From positions 1 through 43,009 of the forward strand of contig DAINRN010000001.1 of assembly GCA_036741815.1 (NCBI GenBank): DNA of 43,009 nt, in the 5' to 3' direction. The stretch comes from Acidobacteriota bacterium. Lineage in GTDB: Bacteria > Acidobacteriota > Vicinamibacteria > Fen-336. The notes beneath the pieces were generated by a model. The model saw nothing but the letters and a program-made list of their open reading frames with translations, had not been told where the DNA came from and searched no databases. Shown piece by piece: positions 31,156-37,230 of the stretch. The stretch's first letter is position 1. Each line of letters starts with the position of its first letter. The position numbers and the translations under genes were made by a program.

Positions 31156-32067
31156 CTAGTCGTCGCGGGCGAAGGAGATCACCTCGCCCTCGGGGGTCCT
31201 GGCATACACGCGGGTCTGCCAGGGGGGGAGCTTCTGACTGCGGAGCCCGTCGTTGTACCGCTCCACCAGGGCGAGCCCCATCGCCGACGTGCCGAGCTTC
31301 CGTCCCAGGCTCGACGCCATCAGGTTGGACTGGGCGATCATGGTCTCGGGGGTCACGAGCTGGAGCTGTTTCACCAGGCGCTCGGGGTCGTAGTGCTCGT
31401 AGGTCTCGTAGCGCGCGAGGAACTGGGCCACCCCGTTAATGAATCGCACCGTCCACCCGCGCTCGCTGTTGCCCCATACCTTCCGCAGGGTGCGGAAGGT
31501 GCGCCGCAGCAGCGCGGGGCCGAACTGGTGGTAAATCTGCTCGGCCGACCAGACGGCGTTCATCATGCCCGGCGCGCCGGTGGCGTAGGTGAGGGGCAGC
31601 TCGAGACCGGCCTCCTCACGGGTGAGGAGCTGCACCGCCAGCGCGGTGGGATCGCCGGCCTCCACGCGGGCGCGGAAGCGGTCCAGGGCCGTCTGACGGT
31701 TGACCGTCGCAAACGCCACGTACAGGGTGGCCTCGTCGGCGTAGGTCAGCCCCTGGTAGATCAGGGCCGGTAGGCTCGCCACCCCGTGCTGCTCGGCGGC
31801 GGCCTGCCGGTGGCGCCCGTCGAGAATGGCGAAGGCGTGGTCTTCGCTGCCAGGGGTCACGCGCTCGGAGAGGTAGAGCACCCCCACCGCGCGCAGGTCC
31901 CACGCTTTGAGGATGCGGTCCACCTTGGGCTGCGAGAGGGGGCGCTCGTACGGGGCGCTGAACATGGCACCCAGCGGCACCCACGCGAAGCGGGTCTGTC
32001 GCTGGAAGCTGACGGCTTCCGCCTGGGCGGTGCCGTTGGCGGCGAGGGTCCGAAGGGCTGCACTCAT
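31156..32067 (-). CDS. ParB-like nuclease-domain protein, 303 aa
   Basis: HAFAILDGRHRQAAAEQHG is the ParB/Srx-fold DGxHR motif. The ATG at 32065-32067 forms an ATGA with the upstream stop. Confidence 0.6.
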   Translation of the reverse strand: MSAALRTLAANGTAQAEAVSFQRQTRFAWVPLGAMFSAPYERPLSQPKVDRILKAWDLRAVGVLYLSERVTPGSEDHAFAILDGRHRQAAAEQHGVASLPALIYQGLTYADEATLYVAFATVNRQTALDRFRARVEAGDPTALAVQLLTREEAGLELPLTYATGAPGMMNAVWSAEQIYHQFGPALLRRTFRTLRKVWGNSERGWTVRFINGVAQFLARYETYEHYDPERLVKQLQLVTPETMIAQSNLMASSLGRKLGTSAMGLALVERYNDGLRSQKLPPWQTRVYARTPEGEVISFARDD

Positions 32068-32312
32068 GTCGTCGTCTCCATCTCCTTCTTCACGATGCGG
32101 ATACAACGGGAAGCCCCGTGGGGTCCCCGCACGATGTGCCCGCTCTGCTCGAGCTGCTCGAGGTGGCGGGCCACACTGGACTTGCTGGCGTAGCCGCGGC
32201 CCGCCTGGATCTCTTCGTAGCTCGGCATCCAGCCGTGCCGCTTTTGGAAGGCCGCCAGGAACGCCAGCACGTGGCGGGTTTCATCCTCGGGATACAGACG
32301 GTGCTCACCCAT
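32064..32312 (-). CDS. LexA-N-terminal-like winged-helix DNA-binding protein, 82 aa
   Basis: SYEEIQAGRGYASKSSVARHLEQLEQSGHI resembles the LexA DNA-binding domain. There is no peptidase domain. Confidence 0.6.
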   Translation of the reverse strand: MGEHRLYPEDETRHVLAFLAAFQKRHGWMPSYEEIQAGRGYASKSSVARHLEQLEQSGHIVRGPHGASRCIRIVKKEMETTT

Positions 32313-33240
32313 CGCTTCTCACCTCCTTTGCGTTCAGCCGTAGGTTGGGGGACCCCTTGGGCCATTCCACCAGGGTACTCATCTCGTGGATGCGCCAGGC
32401 GATGCGCGGCCCTAAGCGGCGCTGGCTCCCCAGCTCCAGCACCGTCAGGTTACTCGTGTAGATGGTGGCGCGGTGGCGCTCGTGGCGATAGTCGATCAGC
32501 TCATAGAACTTGGCGGCCGCCCAGCCGTCAGCACCATCCTTCCCCTGCTCGGCGCCGAGGTCGTCAAGGAGCAGGAGCTTGGTTCGCTGGGCCGCCCCCA
32601 TCACGTCGGCCTCGGTGATGCCGGAGCTGGCGTCGTAGGTCTGCCGCAGCCGCGCCAGCAGCACCGGCGCCTTGATGAAGAGCGCATCGCAGTGGTCGCG
32701 CTCCATGCGCTGCCGCAGGGCGCAGACGGCCATGGAAGTCTTCCCCACGCCCCACTCCCCCAGGAGCAGGAGGCCCGGCGTGGACGGCGCCACCGCCCAG
32801 GCCATCACCTTCTTCACCAGGGGCTCGGTGAGGGGATGGGAGGGATAGGTTGCCCAGGTAAGGTCGGCGTAGTGAACGAGCTGCTCATCCCCCGACCCGA
32901 ACAGGCGGTTGAGGCGGCGCTCCTGGGCGAGCCCACAGTCCGGACAGTCCACCGTCTTCCCGTACTGTGGATGGTCGGGGTAGAGGGTCCGATCCACCAC
33001 CAGCCCCACGCCGAAGCATCTCGAGCATCTCGGCTCGACTGGGGAGGGGTCGCTCCAAATCTGCGAGTCGTTGCTGCTCGAGCTTGATCTCGGTGGCTCG
33101 TCCCAGCTCGATCTGGTCGGCGCTGAGGGGTCGTCCATCGCGCCCGAGCGGTACGCCTGGATCTGCTCCCACACCGTCTTGGGGAGCGCCTGCTCGAACA
33201 CGCTGCCCAGCGGCGCCATTGGTTGCTCGTCGCGCGGCAT
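32305..33240 (-). CDS. DnaC/IstB-like AAA+ helicase loader with an N-terminal CxxC...CxxC zinc module, 311 aa
   Basis: Walker A is GEWGVGKTS, Walker B is LLLLDDLGAEQ and sensor I is IYTSN. The zinc module is CSRC...CPDC. The ATG at 33238-33240 follows AAGGAGG. Confidence 0.8.
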   Translation of the reverse strand: MPRDEQPMAPLGSVFEQALPKTVWEQIQAYRSGAMDDPSAPTRSSWDEPPRSSSSSNDSQIWSDPSPVEPRCSRCFGVGLVVDRTLYPDHPQYGKTVDCPDCGLAQERRLNRLFGSGDEQLVHYADLTWATYPSHPLTEPLVKKVMAWAVAPSTPGLLLLGEWGVGKTSMAVCALRQRMERDHCDALFIKAPVLLARLRQTYDASSGITEADVMGAAQRTKLLLLDDLGAEQGKDGADGWAAAKFYELIDYRHERHRATIYTSNLTVLELGSQRRLGPRIAWRIHEMSTLVEWPKGSPNLRLNAKEVRSDG

Positions 33241-33967
33241 AGCGGCCTCCTTGCCGTAGGTCCTGGCGGTCCCCCTCGAGGGCATTCAACAGCCGGCCGG
33301 TGGAGCAGGGCTTGTGCTTCTCCTCGCACCAGGCGCGGATCTTCATGGCCACCACCTCCACGTCGAGGTCGGCCTGGTAGCCGGCCACCTTGGCGTAGAA
33401 GCGGGCCGTGGGCTCGTAGCCCTTCGCGCCGGCCAGTACGTCCTGAAAGCCTTCCAGGCCGGCCGGCACCTCCAGCGCGAGCGGGGGCGCCGCCGCGCGC
33501 TCTCCGGTTCCATGACCGGTTCTATTGACCGGTTCTTGATCTACTGGGGTGGCAACGGTGTCACCGTTTGTGACCGCAGGTGTCACCGTTTGTGGACCGG
33601 AGGTGTCACCCTTTGTGACCGGAGGTGTCACCCTTTGGGCGAGTCCTTCCTCTAATAGGGTGGCCACCCTGTCACCCTTTGGCCGGTACTCATCCACCCA
33701 GTTGTCGAGCACCAGCTCCCAGTGGGTGGCGCAGCCGCGGCCACCCCGACGGTGGGCCACCGGCCGGATGAGCCCGCGCTGCTCCAGGGCACGGAACCCT
33801 CGCTGGATGGTGCGCTCACTCTTGCCCAGCTCAGCGGCCAGCAGAGCGACCCCCGGCCGGCAGCTCTGCCCGTCGTTGTTGGCATGGCGCGCCATGCCAA
33901 TCAGGATCACCGTCGCACTGTCGGGGAGATGGAGGTTCAGCACGCGGTCCTGTAATCGGTAGCTCAT
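32885..33967 (-). CDS. replication initiator (lambda O-like role): N-terminal wHTH, iteron-bearing linker, C-terminal domain. The last ~118 codons overlap the loader gene out of frame.
   Basis: The N-terminal wHTH is LIGMARHANNDGQSCRPGVALLAAELGKSERTIQRGFRALEQRGLI. There is no in-frame stop until 32885. Third-position G/C collapses after ~33240. Confidence 0.6.
   Translation of the reverse strand: MSYRLQDRVLNLHLPDSATVILIGMARHANNDGQSCRPGVALLAAELGKSERTIQRGFRALEQRGLIRPVAHRRGGRGCATHWELVLDNWVDEYRPKGDRVATLLEEGLAQRVTPPVTKGDTSGPQTVTPAVTNGDTVATPVDQEPVNRTGHGTGERAAAPPLALEVPAGLEGFQDVLAGAKGYEPTARFYAKVAGYQADLDVEVVAMKIRAWCEEKHKPCSTGRLLNALEGDRQDLRQGGRYAARRATNGAAGQRVRAGAPQDGVGADPGVPLGRDGRPLSADQIELGRATEIKLEQQRLADLERPLPSRAEMLEMLRRGAGGGSDPLPRPSTVREDGGLSGLWARPGAPPQPPVRVGG
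33504..33536. repeat. short direct repeats (CCGGTTC x3; GACCGGTTCT x2) flanking the iteron array
   Basis: CCGGTTC occurs at 33504-33510. GACCGGTTCT occurs at 33514-33523 and 33527-33536. This is the locally least GC-rich stretch. Confidence 0.6.
33557..33686. repeat. iteron array: four tandem 22-23-bp repeats plus one partial copy (candidate origin of replication)
   Basis: The unit is GGTGTCACC(G/C)TTTGTG(G)ACCG(C/G)A, at 33557-33578, 33579-33601, 33602-33623 and 33624-33645 (3' half diverged). A partial copy lies at 33669-33686. Each unit carries a GTCAC/GTGAC dyad. Confidence 0.7.
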
Positions 33968-34167
33968 GACACACCTCCCAGCGGGGGGATGTGGAGCTGG
34001 AAGATGACTCGCCCATCCTCGTCGTGGATGGAGAGATACCCCCGCGCGACCAAGTCTTGGAGGGAGCGCCGCACCGCCTCCTCGGTCAAGCCCGTCTCGC
34101 TCGCGAGCTGCGCCACGTGCGGGAAGCTCAACGGTCCCAGGCGGGGCAAAAAGTCAGACGCACTCAA
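33964..34167 (-). CDS. small winged-helix DNA-binding protein, 67 aa
   Basis: VAQLASETGLTEEAVRRSLQDLVARGYL. ATGA coupling at both ends. Confidence 0.55.
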   Translation of the reverse strand: MSASDFLPRLGPLSFPHVAQLASETGLTEEAVRRSLQDLVARGYLSIHDEDGRVIFQLHIPPLGGVS

Positions 34168-34433
34168 AGCAGTACCTCCTTGCGATAGTCGGCGATCAGC
34201 CGCAGGGCGAGGGGCGCTGGAAGCAGGGAGTAGTCACCGCACGCGGCGCACGAGGTCCAGACATTGGCCCGCGTGGCGGTCTCGACATAGCGGAGGCAGA
34301 TGGTGCAGTGGGGACAGCGACCCACCACCGGACCGAGCTGCAAGAAGGCCAGGGCGGCCGGCGACACGTAGAACCGGCGCATAGTGGCCAGGTCGGTGTC
34401 TTTTCGCGTTGTAGGGGGATCTGCTAGACTCAC
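34164..34433 (-). CDS. zinc-ribbon protein, 89 aa
   Basis: CPHCTIC...CAACG. The GTG at 34431-34433 follows GGAGGTAATCCCAC. An internal ATG (M18) is an alternative start. Confidence 0.5.
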   Translation of the reverse strand: MSLADPPTTRKDTDLATMRRFYVSPAALAFLQLGPVVGRCPHCTICLRYVETATRANVWTSCAACGDYSLLPAPLALRLIADYRKEVLL

Positions 34434-34436
34434 GTG

Positions 34437-34514
34437 GGATTACCTCCACGAATTTCGAGGGATGCGGCGGATTACCTCCGCGAATCTTCGGGATTCACCT
34501 CTCTCGTCTTGAGG
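34437..34514 (-). repeat. three tandem SD-like repeats (GGAGGTRAATCC-containing units) in the 5' leader of ORF 34164-34433
   Basis: Plus-strand units: ggattacctccacgaatttcgagg (34437-34460), ggattacctccgcgaatcttcgg (34469-34491) and ggattcacctctctcgtcttgagg (34491-34514). Confidence 0.7.
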
Positions 34515-34545
34515 CGGCCGACCTTCTCGCCGGAGGTCGGCCGCC
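34513..34545 (-). terminator. perfect 11-bp GC hairpin just after the first early gene (tR1-like position)
   Basis: GGCGGCCGACC-N11-GGTCGGCCGCC. It starts 12 nt downstream of the stop at 34558. There is no clear U-tract on the minus strand; TTTAT follows on the plus strand. Confidence 0.5.
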
Positions 34546-34557
34546 ACGTTTATAGGG

Positions 34558-34860
34558 TCAGCGCGTGAGGGCCAGGGCCAGCGTGCTCGCCTCTGCTTCC
34601 TCGTCACTCGTCGGGTCCTCCTGGGTCATAGCGGCCGCCAGGCGCTCGGCGAGCGCGCGGCGACGGTCGAGCGCGGCCGCCTCGAGCAGAATGGGCGGGG
34701 ACTCCAACCCCCGCTCGATGAGCGTGTTGACCACCGAGCTGGCGTCCCAGCCGGTGCGGCGCATCCAGGTCTGCACGCCAGGGCGATGCGCGGCGCGGAG
34801 ACGAATGGGCGTGAACTCGCGGGGCACGCGGCGCCCGCGAGGTGGATCGGTGGGCTCCAA
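34558..34860 (-). CDS. first early gene: RHH-like, Cro-position DNA-binding protein, 100 aa
   Basis: The TTG at 34858-34860 follows GGAGGATG. The pattern FTPIRLRAAHRPGVQTWMRRTGWDASSVVNTLIERGL is RHH-like. It is divergent from the Xre repressor. Confidence 0.5.
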   Translation of the reverse strand: MEPTDPPRGRRVPREFTPIRLRAAHRPGVQTWMRRTGWDASSVVNTLIERGLESPPILLEAAALDRRRALAERLAAAMTQEDPTSDEEAEASTLALALTR

Positions 34861-34913
34861 AACATCCTCCAGTGACCGTCATACGTCTACACCTGACAGA
34901 AGAACACCCAGCC

Positions 34914-34942
34914 AGTGTACGCCGATCAGTGGCGGCGAACAA
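34914..34942 (-). promoter_or_regulatory. early promoter candidate (TTGTTC-17 nt-TACACT), related in sequence to promoter copies A and B
   Basis: The -10 is at 34914-34919 and the -35 is at 34937-34942. A GTGTAGAC motif (34885-34892) lies between the -10 and the SD. Confidence 0.5.
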
Positions 34943-35037
34943 GGCCGGTTGTAGCGGGCAGGCTGGGGAATCGGGTCACCGGTTGTGTCAGATGGCACCG
35001 TGACACCGGCCAGGGTGTATGATGGCAGCGGACCCAC

Positions 35038-35061
35038 CTACACCCGTAGACGAGTGTAGAC
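35038..35061. promoter_or_regulatory. operator-like dyad CTACAC-N10-GTGTAG(AC) upstream of the repressor gene
   Basis: ctacacccgtagacgagtgtagac. The 8-mer GTGTAGAC recurs in the opposite orientation at 34885-34892. A TATGAT -10-like box is at 35018-35023, but the -35 is poor. Confidence 0.4.
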
Positions 35062-35092
35062 ACCCCTGCGGGTCCAGAATCGGAGGGAAGGT

Positions 35093-35614
35093 TTGACGGC
35101 AAACGTAGCCCAGTATCCCCGTCGGCTCTGCGCGCGTCATGGAGTGAATCAAGCAGGCTTTGCCCGCGGGCTGGGCGTGGACCCTTCGCGGGTGAACAAG
35201 TGGATGCGCCCGACGAAGCCCTATCGCCCCAGTCCCGAAAAGTGTCTACAGATCGCCGCGTACTTCGGCGTCGAGCCCGCCGAGTTTCTCACCGAGTGCG
35301 GGTACGATCCCGCGCTCCATCTGCTCGAGGATGGCTCCCAACGGGTCTATGTCCAAGAGGCACCGGCGGCGGACCTCCACCTCGAGGACTGCGTGGTGAT
35401 CTACCGCGAGATGCTGCGCCCCCTCGACCGCGCGCAGCGCCAGGACCTCACCGAGATCAACACCCTGCTGAAGCACCTGTTGCTCCACCCGCGCGTCGGC
35501 CCCGTGGTCGCCGACACCCCGATTGACCGCGTGAAGCGGGTCAAAACGCCGCTCCCGCAGCCGGTGACCAGTGCGTCCGTTCGTGAGCGGGAGCTGGTCA
35601 ACTCCGCCCCCTAA
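35093..35614 (+). CDS. Xre/CI-type repressor candidate, 173 aa
   Basis: The TTG start follows GGAGGGAAGG. The HTH is LCARHGVNQAGFARGLGVDPSRVNKWMR...LQIAAYFGVEPAEF. It is divergent from the early operon. Confidence 0.7.
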   Translation: MTANVAQYPRRLCARHGVNQAGFARGLGVDPSRVNKWMRPTKPYRPSPEKCLQIAAYFGVEPAEFLTECGYDPALHLLEDGSQRVYVQEAPAADLHLEDCVVIYREMLRPLDRAQRQDLTEINTLLKHLLLHPRVGPVVADTPIDRVKRVKTPLPQPVTSASVRERELVNSAP

Positions 35615-35640
35615 GTGGCACCCCTCAGTGGCCAGTAGCC

Positions 35641-35667
35641 GGCCCGTAGGGTGACTCCCTGCGGGCC
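35641..35667 (+). terminator. hairpin downstream of the repressor gene
   Basis: GGCCCGTAGGG-TGACT-CCCTGCGGGCC gives an 11-bp stem with one G-T pair. There is no strong U-tract. Confidence 0.45.
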
Positions 35668-35736
35668 GTCGCTCGTCTAAGCGTGAAATAAGGAGGTCGA
35701 GCTAATGCATATTATCTCTACCTTGGAGGTGCTCCC

Positions 35737-35928
35737 TTGCTCCCCACCCCCGAACAGCAGTGGCGGGCCGCCATGGAGCGCCTGCGGGTGCTCGCCACGC
35801 AGCGCCTGAGCCGCATCCAGTCCCTCGCCGACAACGACGCCGCCATCCTCGAGGCGATCGTGGCCGCCGATGTGGCCTTCCACAACTTCCTGGCCTCGCG
35901 GCAAGCAAAGCCACCGGACGCGTGCTAG
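35737..35928 (+). CDS. hypothetical helical protein, 63 aa
   Basis: The TTG start is 8 nt after GGAGG. Third-position G/C is very high. The window's most AT-rich patch (35680-35720, TATTAT at 35710-35715) lies upstream. Confidence 0.6.
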   Translation: MLPTPEQQWRAAMERLRVLATQRLSRIQSLADNDAAILEAIVAADVAFHNFLASRQAKPPDAC

Positions 35929-35940
35929 ACTGGCCGGTGA

Positions 35941-35995
35941 GGGGCGGGGGGCTTCTGTGGGCAGAGCGGTTCCACCCCGCCCCGTCTTTTCTCTC
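35941..35995 (+). terminator. intrinsic terminator (GGGGCGGGG...CCCCGCCCC stem followed by GTCTTTTCTCTC)
   Basis: 9-bp outer stem with an inner GTGG/CCAC helix at 35941-35983. A T-rich tail follows at 35985-35995. Confidence 0.6.
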
Positions 35996-36009
35996 AAGGG
36001 AGGTCTCCC

Positions 36010-36147
36010 ATGCCGCTCCACCCTGGCCGCTCCAAGAAAACCATCAGCCAGAACATCCGCACCGAGATCAAGCACGGCAAGCCGCCCAAGCAGGCGGTCG
36101 CCATCGCCCTCAGGAACGCCGGCGCCCCGCCGAAGAAGCAGCGTTGA
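36010..36147 (+). CDS. small basic protein, 45 aa (not in ORF track)
   Basis: AAGGGAGG lies 6 nt before the ATG. Sequence: MPLHPGRSKKTISQNIRTEIKHGKPPKQAVAIALRNAGAPPKKQR. Nearly all third positions are G/C. The KQAVAIAL motif recalls a widespread small basic protein family. Confidence 0.55.
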   Translation: MPLHPGRSKKTISQNIRTEIKHGKPPKQAVAIALRNAGAPPKKQR

Positions 36148-36328
36148 GGAAGCGCACCAGCTCCTCACAGCGCCGACAGCGCCCCAGCGCGGGAGCTGGC
36201 CCTTTCCAGGGGTAGTGGCGCCCACAGAGCCCCGTGAGGGCCAATCCTTCGCCCCCTACCAGGCGGGCGTGCGCGCGGGTGGGGTTCAGCCCGCTGACCA
36301 CGCTGTACCAGACCACCTCGGCGGTCAC
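36110..36328 (-). CDS. small Cys-containing protein, 72 aa, last gene of the lysis cassette
   Basis: The GTG at 36326-36328 forms a GTGA with the holin stop. Motifs: LCGRHYPW...CRRC. The 3' 38 nt converge on and overlap the plus-strand 45-aa gene. Confidence 0.5.
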   Translation of the reverse strand: MTAEVVWYSVVSGLNPTRAHARLVGGEGLALTGLCGRHYPWKGPAPALGRCRRCEELVRFLNAASSAGRRRS

Positions 36329-36495
36329 CCCACCAGGCCCCCGTGGTCGAAGAACAGGCCGGCGGTCACGAACAGCAGGCCCAGGTGGGACGGGGTGCTG
36401 TACCACCGCTCGGTCGGGGTGAGCGACGGCAGGAACAGCGCGATGGCAAAGAAGATGATCGCGACACAGTAGCAGATGGTGGCGAGTAACTGCAT
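36325..36495 (-). CDS. holin candidate, 56 aa, two predicted TM helices (not in ORF track)
   Basis: The ATG at 36493-36495 follows the endolysin stop and GGAGGA. Sequence: MQLLATICYCVAIIFFAIALFLPSLTPTERWYSTPSHLGLLFVTAGLFFDHGGLVG. Confidence 0.55.
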   Translation of the reverse strand: MQLLATICYCVAIIFFAIALFLPSLTPTERWYSTPSHLGLLFVTAGLFFDHGGLVG

Positions 36496-36504
36496 GGGGT
36501 CCTC

Positions 36505-37230
36505 CTACACGTAGAGCAGCTCGTGGACGATGCGCTCCAGCTCGTCCAGGCCGGCATCCGCTCCCTGGACCCGCCGGCGCACCTCGGCCCAGTCCTCCGC
36601 GTCGGCCGGTGACTGGATGTCATGGTCCTTCCAATACTCGGCGAAAATGACCGCGGCATTGCCCGGCTCCAGCGCCGCCTCGGGGTGCTCCACGAGGTTG
36701 ACGGACACCACCGGCGACATCTTGCGGTAATTCGACTCCCACGTCAATTGTATGTCACCACGCCCCCAATAGGGCGCATAGCGCAGGTTTGCGTAGCGCC
36801 ACTCCTCGCTCATCCAGAACGCCTCGGTGACCGGCAGGAAGGTATGCGCGGTCTCAATGCTGCACGTGCCGATCGACCCCGCCTGGCTGTTGCGGCTGGC
36901 CTGGCCGCGCTCGACCAGGCCATGGTGGATGAGTGGCCAGGTGGTCTCGACGCCCTCGAGCGGGGCATTGGCGGCCGCACTGATGGTGAGCGCGTCCCAG
37001 TGCTCCCACGGGTCCCCGTTGGGCGCCACCAGGGGCGGAGTGGTCGGCGGGGGCACGAAGAGCTGCGCGACGGTGGCCTCCGCCACGCAGTACACGCCGG
37101 CGCCAGGGATCTGGAGCAGCGCCCCGTTGTAGTAGGCCCGCACCGTGCAGAGGCTGATGGGCAGCTCCTGGGTCAGGGGCGGTCCCAGCTTGGCGCCCAG
37201 CTCAGCGGCTCGATCCTCGATCGCAGTCAC
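36505..37230 (-). CDS. endolysin, glycoside hydrolase family 19 (chitinase-like) catalytic domain with an unassigned ~100-aa N-terminal region
   Basis: CSIETAHTFLPVTE carries the catalytic Glu pair context. YWGRGDIQLTWESNYRKM matches the GH19 GRGxIQLT.xxNY signature. The tail is AAVIFAEYWKDH...DWAEVRRRVQGADAGLDEL. The GTG at 37228-37230 forms a GTGA with the upstream stop; the 374-aa track version is over-extended. Confidence 0.8.
   Translation of the reverse strand: MTAIEDRAAELGAKLGPPLTQELPISLCTVRAYYNGALLQIPGAGVYCVAEATVAQLFVPPPTTPPLVAPNGDPWEHWDALTISAAANAPLEGVETTWPLIHHGLVERGQASRNSQAGSIGTCSIETAHTFLPVTEAFWMSEEWRYANLRYAPYWGRGDIQLTWESNYRKMSPVVSVNLVEHPEAALEPGNAAVIFAEYWKDHDIQSPADAEDWAEVRRRVQGADAGLDELERIVHELLYV

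Noticed and set aside
33557-33686. A CRISPR array.
   Set aside because: The repeats are contiguous, with no spacers, only 22-23 bp long, few in number, and inside a coding region. They fit iterons, not CRISPR.
35705-35809. A 34-codon ATG ORF (MHIISTLEVLPCSPPPNSSGG...) behind a strong AAGGAGG in the AT-rich patch.
   Set aside because: It overlaps, out of frame, the 63-aa TTG-initiated ORF, which has much better third-position G/C and a protein-like sequence. It might be a leader peptide, but nothing supports that.
36110-36328. A spanin or lipoprotein role for the 72-aa ORF at the end of the lysis cassette.
   Set aside because: The only Cys context (LTGLCG) does not fit the lipobox L-[AS]-[GA]-C, and there is no signal peptide.
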